A stretch of DNA of 64,000 nucleotides, taken from IMG/VR virus record IMGVR_UViG_3300025154_001556. The stretch is one strand, 5' to 3'. The translations under genes were made by a program, and so were the position numbers. Below the pieces are notes generated by a model. The model worked only from the letters and a program-made list of their open reading frames with translations, searched no databases and was not told the DNA's origin. This DNA comes from a virus. Lineage: Duplodnaviria; Caudoviricetes. Below, one piece after another: positions 55,159-64,000 of this stretch; position 1 is the stretch's first letter, and the number at the start of each line of letters is the position of its first letter.

Positions 55159-56478
55159 TTAATTTGCTATTATATTACTATTGAGATTTTTTGTCCAGGT
55201 ATATTTTACTATGGGGTGGATTTCTGAGGTCAACTCAGCGTGTACCGGTAGAATTCCTGTTATGGAAGTATTTAAATTAGTTACGCGTGGTTCTGCGACT
55301 CTGGACATCATGTCTTTTATGGCTTGATCCATTGAACTATATTTACTTAAATTAAATATAAATTTACGTTTAATATTTATGCGCTCTACCATATTATCAG
55401 GGTCTTTGTCATAGCCTGTTACCCACAAGGTCCATTGCTGATTCTTATCTACTTTATATATTTTTTCATCGCCCGCAACGTAAAAATAATAATGTTCACC
55501 GTTAATGCCAGAACCAAACATTAAATCAACAAATCGCTGCCAACGTTGTTCAAACCGTGTTAAATTTATAAACACCTCTGTTGTTTTGGGTTTAATCCAT
55601 TCAGGGGTTGGATTAAAATTAGATTGTACTTGGGCATTAATATATGAGCTTAGATTTTTAGAAGTTGGGTGACCATAAATAGATGCACCTAATGTAGCAT
55701 ATGCTTTATTTGAGAAAGCGGCCGTCAAAATGTCAATAACTTTATACAGGGTTTTATTTGGATTTACTACTAAGTTTAATTGTGTATGGGGCTTCTCCAC
55801 ATTAAAATGAATATCTAATGTATCTATTACAAAAGCACTTCCAGCATTTATATAAGACTTCAAATCTCTAATATTTTTAGCGTAGTCACCGAACCATCCT
55901 ATGATGTAACTCTGTAAGTCCAGTTTCATTAATGCATATAGATTGGAATTTAAATCACTATAACCAGATTGTCTACAACCACAATTTATGAATGAAGGTA
56001 ACTCTTTATATTCAAGCAAGGACACATTAAATACCTTGCTCATTAGTATGGTCATAGGTATTATAGAAGATCTCAGATCAGTTGTTTTACCAATAGAATT
56101 TATATATGAATTTAAATCTTTGGGTATAATAGGTTTTATTGTACTTGTTAAATTAAAGGTATAGTAACCTTCTATCACAGAGTGCAAATTATAGGTAGCA
56201 TTCAGTGCTTTAAATCCAGAAATACTACTTTTTAGATCTAAGGAGGGTATTGGGTTTATTGTGGATTGTATGTCGTTGGGACCATAAACAGCATTAATTG
56301 TTGCTGGTAAATCTCTTATATCAAAACCATGTATTACTGAGTTTAGATTAGTGGGTATTATAGCATTTACATAGGCTGGCAAATCCTTTGTAATACCAAA
56401 GTACCCCGCATTTATAGCGCTGTATAGATCCCTTGTAACGTTGGGTCTTATTATAGAGTTTAAATCCAAATTTGCCAT
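55159..56478 (-). CDS. repeat-rich hypothetical protein, probably virion-associated
   Basis: About 12-residue (D/N)LxSxI repeats. Confidence 0.65.
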   Translation of the reverse strand: MANLDLNSIIRPNVTRDLYSAINAGYFGITKDLPAYVNAIIPTNLNSVIHGFDIRDLPATINAVYGPNDIQSTINPIPSLDLKSSISGFKALNATYNLHSVIEGYYTFNLTSTIKPIIPKDLNSYINSIGKTTDLRSSIIPMTILMSKVFNVSLLEYKELPSFINCGCRQSGYSDLNSNLYALMKLDLQSYIIGWFGDYAKNIRDLKSYINAGSAFVIDTLDIHFNVEKPHTQLNLVVNPNKTLYKVIDILTAAFSNKAYATLGASIYGHPTSKNLSSYINAQVQSNFNPTPEWIKPKTTEVFINLTRFEQRWQRFVDLMFGSGINGEHYYFYVAGDEKIYKVDKNQQWTLWVTGYDKDPDNMVERINIKRKFIFNLSKYSSMDQAIKDMMSRVAEPRVTNLNTSITGILPVHAELTSEIHPIVKYTWTKNLNSNIIAN

Positions 56479-56493
56479 TAGAGCCCTATATAT

Positions 56494-59400
56494 TTATTCT
56501 TGTATATCCCACCAAGTTTTGAGTTTGGCTGAATAGTCGTCCAATACAGCATCACTTGGAATGGTTGTTTTAATATACATATCTTGCCCACTATTTGGTT
56601 GTATACTGGATATCTTTATAGGTTTTTGCATACTAATAGAATTGACCTTAGCATTTATTGCCGAATAGTTGGATTGTAAGGTCAGTCTTGCTTGATGGTA
56701 CCTACTTTTTGGTAAAAAATAACCATTTTTTGGTACTTCCGTCCAAGCCAATGTTGACCAAACAGGATCAGCAGTTTGTGGTATTAATATAGATCCTTGA
56801 CTCTCAAAGTTTGTCTGTGATGAAGCTAAGTCGCACCAAAATATATCTGGATAACTGACATAATTGGAGGTTAAACTATATGTTCTTAATATACTGCTTG
56901 TAGCCAGATCAACATACTTTATTGTTTTAGATGTATCGAAATATAAAACACAACCGTAAGGACACCCCTTCATACCACTAACGGCAAATTGTGCCGTTAT
57001 ATGCATATCCATAGCACCATCTGCTGCATAGTGGTATATATCGCCTTCTGAACTTTCGGCGGCAGCAAAAAAACCACCCCGATAATCACGCGTCATTTCA
57101 TACAAAGGCTTAGGAGTAGTAACTGTTTTTAATATAGCACCGTTTGTGTCCAACAAATGAACTTTTGAAGTACCTATATCTGATGCCCAAGCAGTGCCGC
57201 CGGTAGATGAGGCTACTTGATAGGGTGTTGTAAGAGTATAAACAGATGCAAGCTGCGCGTGACTGCCCGATAAATGTATAACTCTGGATAAATCATCATC
57301 GACGTACCACACTCCTGTCCCATCATACTCAGCAGATAAACTTATTATGTTTGCAACAGCTGTATGTAGTAGTATATTAAGGGAATAAGGTGAATAATTG
57401 ATAGACAAGTGAGCTAAGTAATTACCGCCAGTATACCCCCAAAGTTTATCATCGTAAGTAAATTCTACTAATTTACTAAAATGACTATTTGTATAATCCG
57501 CGAAACCATCAGAAGTTGTGTAAAGTGTCACATTGTTAATACTAACTAGCGCCAGCAGATTGTCGTACGTGACGGTGAGGTTTCTATCAATGGACAAATA
57601 TTTATTGCCCTTTATAGGATTAACAGCTAATGCTTTGGATGTCACTGAAGGAGTTGTTGTGGTAATAGTAAAGGTGCTTACTGTATTTGCTACTATGTCA
57701 TACTCATTAAAACGTGTTGAATAGTACCCATCTATATTATGTGGCCAATATATTTTTATTATTGGTTTAGGCGCAATATCACTGCTTCTAACTTCTATTG
57801 TACCATTAGCAACTGATTCATCTTTGGATATAAAGGACATACCTTCAACAGTAGTTTCGTCTACTATAAAATAACTGGAATTATCTTTATTCTCCACATC
57901 AAAAATAGGCGTTGTATAATAACCTATATTGTCTTCTAAAATACTCATAGAAGAATCAACATTATAGCCGTAAAGACCCAATATATCCCCTGATATATTA
58001 CTTAAAAATAATGTTACTTCTGGATCAAGAGGCCTTTGTGGCGGAATAGCTATTATATTAGGATCTTCTGTGGTAGCCATTGTATAGCCTGTACTTATAT
58101 GATCTACTGTGTCTGTTGTAATGTCATACGTGTAGATAATATTACCATAACTGTTTTCCGCAAAGTATAACTTATTATTATAGTATGTCATATTCAAGTA
58201 ATTAAAAATAGTGCCCAACCTATTATAATGATCAAACCATGTAGTATTCCAAAAATTGATTGCTATATCGTAACGCTGTACGTATTGCCCGATGGTACCT
58301 CTGCCAGTTAAAAAGTATAAACAATTTCTTGTTGAATCCAACAATAAAGTAGCTCTTATATTACCGGAGGCAGAAAAGTAAGGTAAGGGGGCAGCAAGTT
58401 GAGTCCACGTGTTGGAAGCTATTGAGTAGCTAAGTAAATAACTTACTGAATAGGCACCACCAACACCAAAGTATATAAATCCATTTTCACCGTAAACCAT
58501 ACTTACTCCGCCTGCTTGTAATACCATAACAACAGGAGAGGAAGCAAGCCAGGTAAAATTACCTTGAGCCCCTGTTAGATCGTATCTACCAAACCAATTA
58601 ACATTGCTATAATTAGCAGAAAAAGTAAGATATATATAATTAGCTGCTTTGGCCATTGTAACTAAATTTACATTAAACCCGAGGCTATATGTTGGTAGCC
58701 AGCTTATGTAGGTCCAACTATATGTATTTAAATCATATTTGTATAGCTTAAGTGTTCCATCGTAATGTATAGAGTATATCACATTAGCTGTGTTGTCGTA
58801 TAGCCAAGGGGTGCCGCTTGTTCCTACAAACACTGCTGGAATATCACCTAATTTACCAGGTGTGCCTACTATTGAATCTATCTGTATATAGTCATTGTTA
58901 ACAATTTCTATATTACTTAATGTTCCTTGTGACCAACGGTATTTAGAAGAGGTGTTATCATCTGTTAATATAAACCCATCAGTTATATCATAATAGGGCC
59001 CGTTTTCTGTTTCAGATATTTTTACGTAATAGTCTGATGCGTTACCTGTATAGTCTATTATAACATAAGCATCAGCTGGATATTGTATTGTTGAATTATT
59101 AAATATAGTTACAGGGTATGCAGCACTGTCTTCTCCTACGGGTGCGCTGTCTAAATATACAGCTGAGGCTGAACCATCATCACCAAAACCTATAATGTAG
59201 TCGTCGTTATAAACAATGTACTCATGTAGTGTAGCATCCATACCACTGATTGTGGTTAAAACATACCTTGGCGCCGATAATCCCGGTATTGTAGCATAGT
59301 AATAGTCTGTTGTAACCCCTTTACTACAAACAGTGTAAGAATCTTCTGTTGTGTTTTTATAGTAAAAATCGATATCGTTTAACGCGGTTAAATCATCGGC

Positions 59401-59607
59401 ATACAACCTAATTTCATCTGTCTTTATTCTTGCGGATAAATCCGCTTCTAAATAAAGTACGTCTGTGGAAGTTAGAATTACGCCACCAGAAGTAGTTGTA
59501 CCATCTATTAGTGTGGCTAATTGACTGTTTGTTAACACTTTATTACCGGTACCAGCTCCGGTTAATGTGTATACTATACCATTATTTATTAAATTATACT
59601 TTGCCAT
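56494..59607 (-). CDS. large putative virion protein with Kelch/beta-propeller repeats
   Basis: Repeated Y.I..N.WT and G.W..D motifs; 1037 aa. Confidence 0.65.
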   Translation of the reverse strand: MAKYNLINNGIVYTLTGAGTGNKVLTNSQLATLIDGTTTSGGVILTSTDVLYLEADLSARIKTDEIRLYADDLTALNDIDFYYKNTTEDSYTVCSKGVTTDYYYATIPGLSAPRYVLTTISGMDATLHEYIVYNDDYIIGFGDDGSASAVYLDSAPVGEDSAAYPVTIFNNSTIQYPADAYVIIDYTGNASDYYVKISETENGPYYDITDGFILTDDNTSSKYRWSQGTLSNIEIVNNDYIQIDSIVGTPGKLGDIPAVFVGTSGTPWLYDNTANVIYSIHYDGTLKLYKYDLNTYSWTYISWLPTYSLGFNVNLVTMAKAANYIYLTFSANYSNVNWFGRYDLTGAQGNFTWLASSPVVMVLQAGGVSMVYGENGFIYFGVGGAYSVSYLLSYSIASNTWTQLAAPLPYFSASGNIRATLLLDSTRNCLYFLTGRGTIGQYVQRYDIAINFWNTTWFDHYNRLGTIFNYLNMTYYNNKLYFAENSYGNIIYTYDITTDTVDHISTGYTMATTEDPNIIAIPPQRPLDPEVTLFLSNISGDILGLYGYNVDSSMSILEDNIGYYTTPIFDVENKDNSSYFIVDETTVEGMSFISKDESVANGTIEVRSSDIAPKPIIKIYWPHNIDGYYSTRFNEYDIVANTVSTFTITTTTPSVTSKALAVNPIKGNKYLSIDRNLTVTYDNLLALVSINNVTLYTTSDGFADYTNSHFSKLVEFTYDDKLWGYTGGNYLAHLSINYSPYSLNILLHTAVANIISLSAEYDGTGVWYVDDDLSRVIHLSGSHAQLASVYTLTTPYQVASSTGGTAWASDIGTSKVHLLDTNGAILKTVTTPKPLYEMTRDYRGGFFAAAESSEGDIYHYAADGAMDMHITAQFAVSGMKGCPYGCVLYFDTSKTIKYVDLATSSILRTYSLTSNYVSYPDIFWCDLASSQTNFESQGSILIPQTADPVWSTLAWTEVPKNGYFLPKSRYHQARLTLQSNYSAINAKVNSISMQKPIKISSIQPNSGQDMYIKTTIPSDAVLDDYSAKLKTWWDIQE

Positions 59608-59616
59608 TTATGTTTC

Positions 59617-62600
59617 TTACACCGTGGTTAGCCAAGATATTAATAATTGTCCTGTCTTTCCGCTATTATTAAAATTGCCTTTTGTTTTATTGGCTCTTAT
59701 ATAAATAGCCCTTTTCTCGCCGACAGGCACCTGAGTAAAAGTTATGGGTAGTTCGGCACTACCTATATTATAGAAGGTTATATTATCGGAGGATATCTCC
59801 ATGTAGTCGTTTGGATCATAAGCTATATCCGTACTTATATCCTGTTTATTTATATCAAAAGTTGTTTTACAATAATTATAAAGTTTAAGGTTCTCGTACA
59901 CACCCCCGCCAGAAGGGGAATCATAGTTATAAGCTAAGGGCGTGTTACCACCAGCCAAACGTATAATTAAATCCTTTGTATCCTTGATTTCCCACGTGGT
60001 TTTACCACTGTATATAAGAACATTATTAATATATAATCTAATGGTATCGTTATTATCAGTAGTAATACCGTTGTTATCCCATACAACAGCCACGTGCATT
60101 AAAGTATTAATATCGAAGTAGCCTGATAGAGCAAAGGAAGCATCTGCATTAACTAAATTTATATTACGTCTGATATGCCCCGCGGCAAGCTCAAACCAAT
60201 GTCCTGATTTAATACCAAGGGATACTATGTTATTATCATTGTTTACTATTGAAAATAGTGTTCTTGAATGCAATTTATCAAATATGTCTCTACCATAGGA
60301 GTCATAATAAGTTTTAAGCCAAAATTCAATTGTACCCTTAGTTAAATTAAGACCACTAACTGGTATCTGTAAAAAATCCCTGTTGTTTAAATAAAGCCCA
60401 TTATTAAACTTAACTACGTCATCAAAACAATTTCGTTCTATTTTTAGCGAGGTCATATAAAGTGTTACAGCTTGCCCGGTGCCTCTATATCTAAGCATAA
60501 CATAATTAAATCCTTCCTCCGCGTATGCAAAATTAAGATCTTGATTTATTAGGTTATAAAAAGAGTTATCGTTCAATGGGTATAATGAACTGTAATCCTC
60601 AAATTTAAGTCTTATACTATTCCATCCTGTTACTAAGGTAATGTCATTTAAAGACCATCTATAATAGTTTTCTTTATTTGTATTAGCTATACCTAATGTT
60701 ATATCACCAAAAGAGCTATCTATTTTGCTTGCGTCCGAAACATATAATTGAAAAGTAAATAAGTCTTTAATGGACCATTTATCATCAATACCAAGGTTAT
60801 CCCCAGGGATAAACACCACAGTATCCTCCTCAGTAGAAGCAGGATATGCAATTTTTAGTGACTTATTAGAATCTTTTACAAACTGTAAATCATTACTTAA
60901 TGTGCTAATGGTGGATGTCCACCACCAGGAGTACGCAGTAGGGGCATAAGAACCTTCGCCATACACTTTTATTAGGCTAAGTGTATCTACACCCTCTTCG
61001 GAAGTAATATTGTCGTAGGCGTAATTTGTGGCCGTATCACGGGTAATAGCCAACCATCTTGAATAATCTGATATTCTGTATATACCTACATTTCTAATAC
61101 CCCAACTTTCATCGGTATTTATGAACTGATATCCCTTTACTGTATAGTAGCCACTGTCGAGTATTGTTATTGACACTTCTTGATCTACCCATATAGCAAC
61201 ACCTGTGTTAGCGCCAGGAGCATCAATTACGCTGTTACCTTCCAAACGTACACCACTTTCTCCTTCGGAGGTCAAATCATATCCCTGCCATCGTACAACA
61301 TAAGGTCCTTTATCTAAGTATAAAGAGCTCTCTAATAAGTACTCCAATGAACCTGCTTGATCTCCAGAGTCTTCTGCAGTATAGTATATAAGAGTATAAT
61401 CGCCGTCTAAATTAAAAGATACTTTTTTAGGGTCATCTGACAAACTTTCAGAGTATTTAAAAAACTCATTTGAATTATTCCATGCTATATCTAAATTATT
61501 AGGATCGTTGCTGATTAATTCATGCCCTATTACGGTGAAACTGTCTTTTAAATTCATACAAACTATGGGAAAGCGCTCACTATCGATGTAAGTAGTTTGC
61601 ATGGCAGTGTAAATTTCAATTTCTCTTAAAAAACTACCAGTAAAATAGGAGCCATCCCCTAAATAAATAGGTGTATTAGTATAAGAGTCTATCACAAGTC
61701 TAAATCTACGTGCAGTAACAGGATCAAAATAGTGGGTGGTTTCATTGGACATATTACTGGATGTATTAAATACCTGTATAAAATTTTCTCCTGAAATTGT
61801 TGTAGATATATAACCAGTAAAAGCACTATTTATAAAATTGGAATCATCCACACTAAATGAGTGGTGTATTCTTGCTTTATTTACTACATAATCATTATTA
61901 AATAATATATCTATGTGCGGACTTATTCCATCAAAAGCCCAACAATCCTCTGTATTACCAGAAGAGTATTTACCATCTACTGCTTTATCAGGGGTCATGT
62001 AATCTATATAATTAGTTGCTTCAACAGATGATCCATATGCTACATTACTGGGTAAACTATAATCAGAAAGTGTAGTCCCAAGAGAAGACCATTCACAATT
62101 ATAGCCACCATCTATACAATAGGTCGCTGCTATATTAGGATATATACCCAATTTATCTATAACCTTTAATGTGGTATCTGACGCGGATATATTAATTCGT
62201 ACCCAACGAGCATCTGTTTTATTACTATTATTAAAAGTAACATTAGTTGGGAGTGTGGTATTAGTATTAGCATAATCTACATTTAAATCAGTTGATAAAA
62301 ATAACTTATTATCTAACACACCATAATTACGTATTATGTTTAAATTATGTCTTTTTAATAAATCTATTGCTAAATGCACAGAATGGTTTGACGTGGTGCT
62401 TGTATAGTTGCCTATTGTGAAATAATTAATATTATTATAGCTAATAAGCAATTCTGGGTTTTGTAACGTTGATGCACCATGTACTAATTTTATTTTATTA
62501 ATAGGATCATTGGTTATAGTTTTAAACCCCAAAGCATAATTAGAAGAATATATTAAAGCCGGATAAAGTATATTTGTGGCCGTTAAAATAAAATTATCAA

Positions 62601-64000
62601 ATGTAACTACTACATTAGGAAATGCTAGTAATATATGAGTATAGAGTTCAATTTTTAATCTATCATTAGTAAAACCGTCATAATTATAGCCAGAAGATAG
62701 AGTAGTCCAAGTGGATACACCCGTGGTTCTAAAATAACAAGATATCAATGTTCCAACTTTTGTTATTTTTAAGTCAAAGTTTAATATAGCATTGTAAATG
62801 TAATTTACAGAACTATACCAAGCATCTTTATCGAAATTATAGTACCTTCCTGAACTACTGTATATATGCTTTCTTATACCGACAAAGCCCCCACGTTCTC
62901 CTCTAATACCTAGGCCTACACTAAGTCTGTCTGCTTGACTTGGAAAAGATATAAGTACACTCACTTCCGCCGAAAAATCTGAGTCTATTATAGGTATATA
63001 ATTAAGCACGTAAGTGCCATCCTCAGAAGTAGTCAGATTCAACTGTAATTTATTACTAACTATATGGCAGTAAGAGGCTGAATCATCAAAAAGCATATTA
63101 TCCTGCCATAGATAAGTATTATAGTTAGCCCCGTCTATACCGTCAAAGGTGTCATTACCAGTTACGAGTGTTGGTACATCAATATCTACACCATTACTTA
63201 ATAGCGCATTAGTCATGGAGGTAGTACCAATGGTTTGATTTAAATAAACAAGTTCTATTGGTACACGGACATCATCATAAAAAGCTAATATATCCTTTAA
63301 AATACAGTCTTTACTAATAGAGTCTAATTGTAATTTCCAATAAGTAGCGGAGACTTCTGGAACGGTTATTTCAGTAATTTGAGTATTTAAATAACCATCT
63401 AAATTAAAGTTTAAACTTGTACCCGAAATTAGAGTGTCATACGAAAACCAATCGTGTTCATTACAGGAGTAGTAAGCTTCTTTATTATTAATTAGATTAT
63501 TCAAACCATAACACGGAGTATTAATAGCACATTGTCCACTATCAGTGTTTAATATAAAATCTTCTGCTTTTCTTAATATGGCCGGCGGCCCAATATCAGG
63601 ATTATCGATATCCTCTTGTTTGTTTAATTTACTCCAAAATACTATACCAGAAGTATCTACATTGGTTGTTTTTGGTATATCAACTATAAGATCAAAAGGC
63701 CTATCATAAATATTTTCTACATAGTAAAGTTTACTATTATTAACAACACCATTTTTAGCATCGTCCAATAATATGCTGTCATCACATTTTGAAGTTTTTA
63801 CTTGATCCCCTGTTTTACAAAAAAGTTCATTAACACTAAAAGAAGTGGTGGTTTGTAATGATAGCTTCATGTATCTTGGGGCGCCACCTATAAAAGCACT
63901 TATTATGTCTGCTTCTTCTACATTAAATACAGCATCTTTCCATTCTTCACCATAAGTAGAATAAATAAGTGACACATTATCAATTATTGACGGTTCAAAG
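59617..64000 (-). CDS. very large putative virion/adhesin protein (F5/8-type and LamG/ConA-like domains); 5' end outside the window
   Basis: ARRFRLVI...LREIEIY and GTIEFW...MHVAVVWD; frame stays open upstream of the track start to the window edge. Confidence 0.7.
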   Translation of the reverse strand, partial: FEPSIIDNVSLIYSTYGEEWKDAVFNVEEADIISAFIGGAPRYMKLSLQTTTSFSVNELFCKTGDQVKTSKCDDSILLDDAKNGVVNNSKLYYVENIYDRPFDLIVDIPKTTNVDTSGIVFWSKLNKQEDIDNPDIGPPAILRKAEDFILNTDSGQCAINTPCYGLNNLINNKEAYYSCNEHDWFSYDTLISGTSLNFNLDGYLNTQITEITVPEVSATYWKLQLDSISKDCILKDILAFYDDVRVPIELVYLNQTIGTTSMTNALLSNGVDIDVPTLVTGNDTFDGIDGANYNTYLWQDNMLFDDSASYCHIVSNKLQLNLTTSEDGTYVLNYIPIIDSDFSAEVSVLISFPSQADRLSVGLGIRGERGGFVGIRKHIYSSSGRYYNFDKDAWYSSVNYIYNAILNFDLKITKVGTLISCYFRTTGVSTWTTLSSGYNYDGFTNDRLKIELYTHILLAFPNVVVTFDNFILTATNILYPALIYSSNYALGFKTITNDPINKIKLVHGASTLQNPELLISYNNINYFTIGNYTSTTSNHSVHLAIDLLKRHNLNIIRNYGVLDNKLFLSTDLNVDYANTNTTLPTNVTFNNSNKTDARWVRINISASDTTLKVIDKLGIYPNIAATYCIDGGYNCEWSSLGTTLSDYSLPSNVAYGSSVEATNYIDYMTPDKAVDGKYSSGNTEDCWAFDGISPHIDILFNNDYVVNKARIHHSFSVDDSNFINSAFTGYISTTISGENFIQVFNTSSNMSNETTHYFDPVTARRFRLVIDSYTNTPIYLGDGSYFTGSFLREIEIYTAMQTTYIDSERFPIVCMNLKDSFTVIGHELISNDPNNLDIAWNNSNEFFKYSESLSDDPKKVSFNLDGDYTLIYYTAEDSGDQAGSLEYLLESSLYLDKGPYVVRWQGYDLTSEGESGVRLEGNSVIDAPGANTGVAIWVDQEVSITILDSGYYTVKGYQFINTDESWGIRNVGIYRISDYSRWLAITRDTATNYAYDNITSEEGVDTLSLIKVYGEGSYAPTAYSWWWTSTISTLSNDLQFVKDSNKSLKIAYPASTEEDTVVFIPGDNLGIDDKWSIKDLFTFQLYVSDASKIDSSFGDITLGIANTNKENYYRWSLNDITLVTGWNSIRLKFEDYSSLYPLNDNSFYNLINQDLNFAYAEEGFNYVMLRYRGTGQAVTLYMTSLKIERNCFDDVVKFNNGLYLNNRDFLQIPVSGLNLTKGTIEFWLKTYYDSYGRDIFDKLHSRTLFSIVNNDNNIVSLGIKSGHWFELAAGHIRRNINLVNADASFALSGYFDINTLMHVAVVWDNNGITTDNNDTIRLYINNVLIYSGKTTWEIKDTKDLIIRLAGGNTPLAYNYDSPSGGGVYENLKLYNYCKTTFDINKQDISTDIAYDPNDYMEISSDNITFYNIGSAELPITFTQVPVGEKRAIYIRANKTKGNFNNSGKTGQLLISWLTTV

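Overview
An AT-rich 64-kb segment of a large tailed-phage (jumbo/huge phage-like) genome. All credible genes lie on the minus strand, and several sigma70-type promoters (TTGACA-N17-TATACT) drive them. In transcription order (right to left) the window has: (1) very large putative virion/adhesin proteins (55-64 kb); (2) a bacterial-style replication/recombination block (beta clamp, RecA, DnaB, primase, SSB, DnaJ, RuvC-like, PD-(D/E)XK nuclease, clamp loader, family A polymerase) with ThyX, dUTPase and class II RNR; (3) an inserted sulfo-glycan cluster of about 12 kb (UDP-sulfoquinovose synthase, 2 sulfotransferases, about 5 glycosyltransferases, 3 methyltransferases); (4) an accessory region with nucleotide and tRNA enzymes, a five-heme cytochrome c, 7 tRNAs and two tRNA-adjacent structured RNAs; (5) an intein-containing transglutaminase-like gene, an MTase with a possible REase, and an SSAP gene cut by the window edge. 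The ORF track misses several things I read by hand: two group I introns with checkable P1/P10 pairings, a decayed HNH gene, an amber-suppressor tRNA(CUA) and a tRNA-Thr with a long variable arm. The most striking is an 11-codon leader ORF, MIWT-[TAG]-ARAPP-stop, abutting a hairpin that hides the Shine-Dalgarno site of a gene run encoding Pth2 and the suppressor tRNA. This is a candidate amber-readthrough-sensing translational switch. All assignments come from reading motifs by eye; no database searches or folding programs were run.
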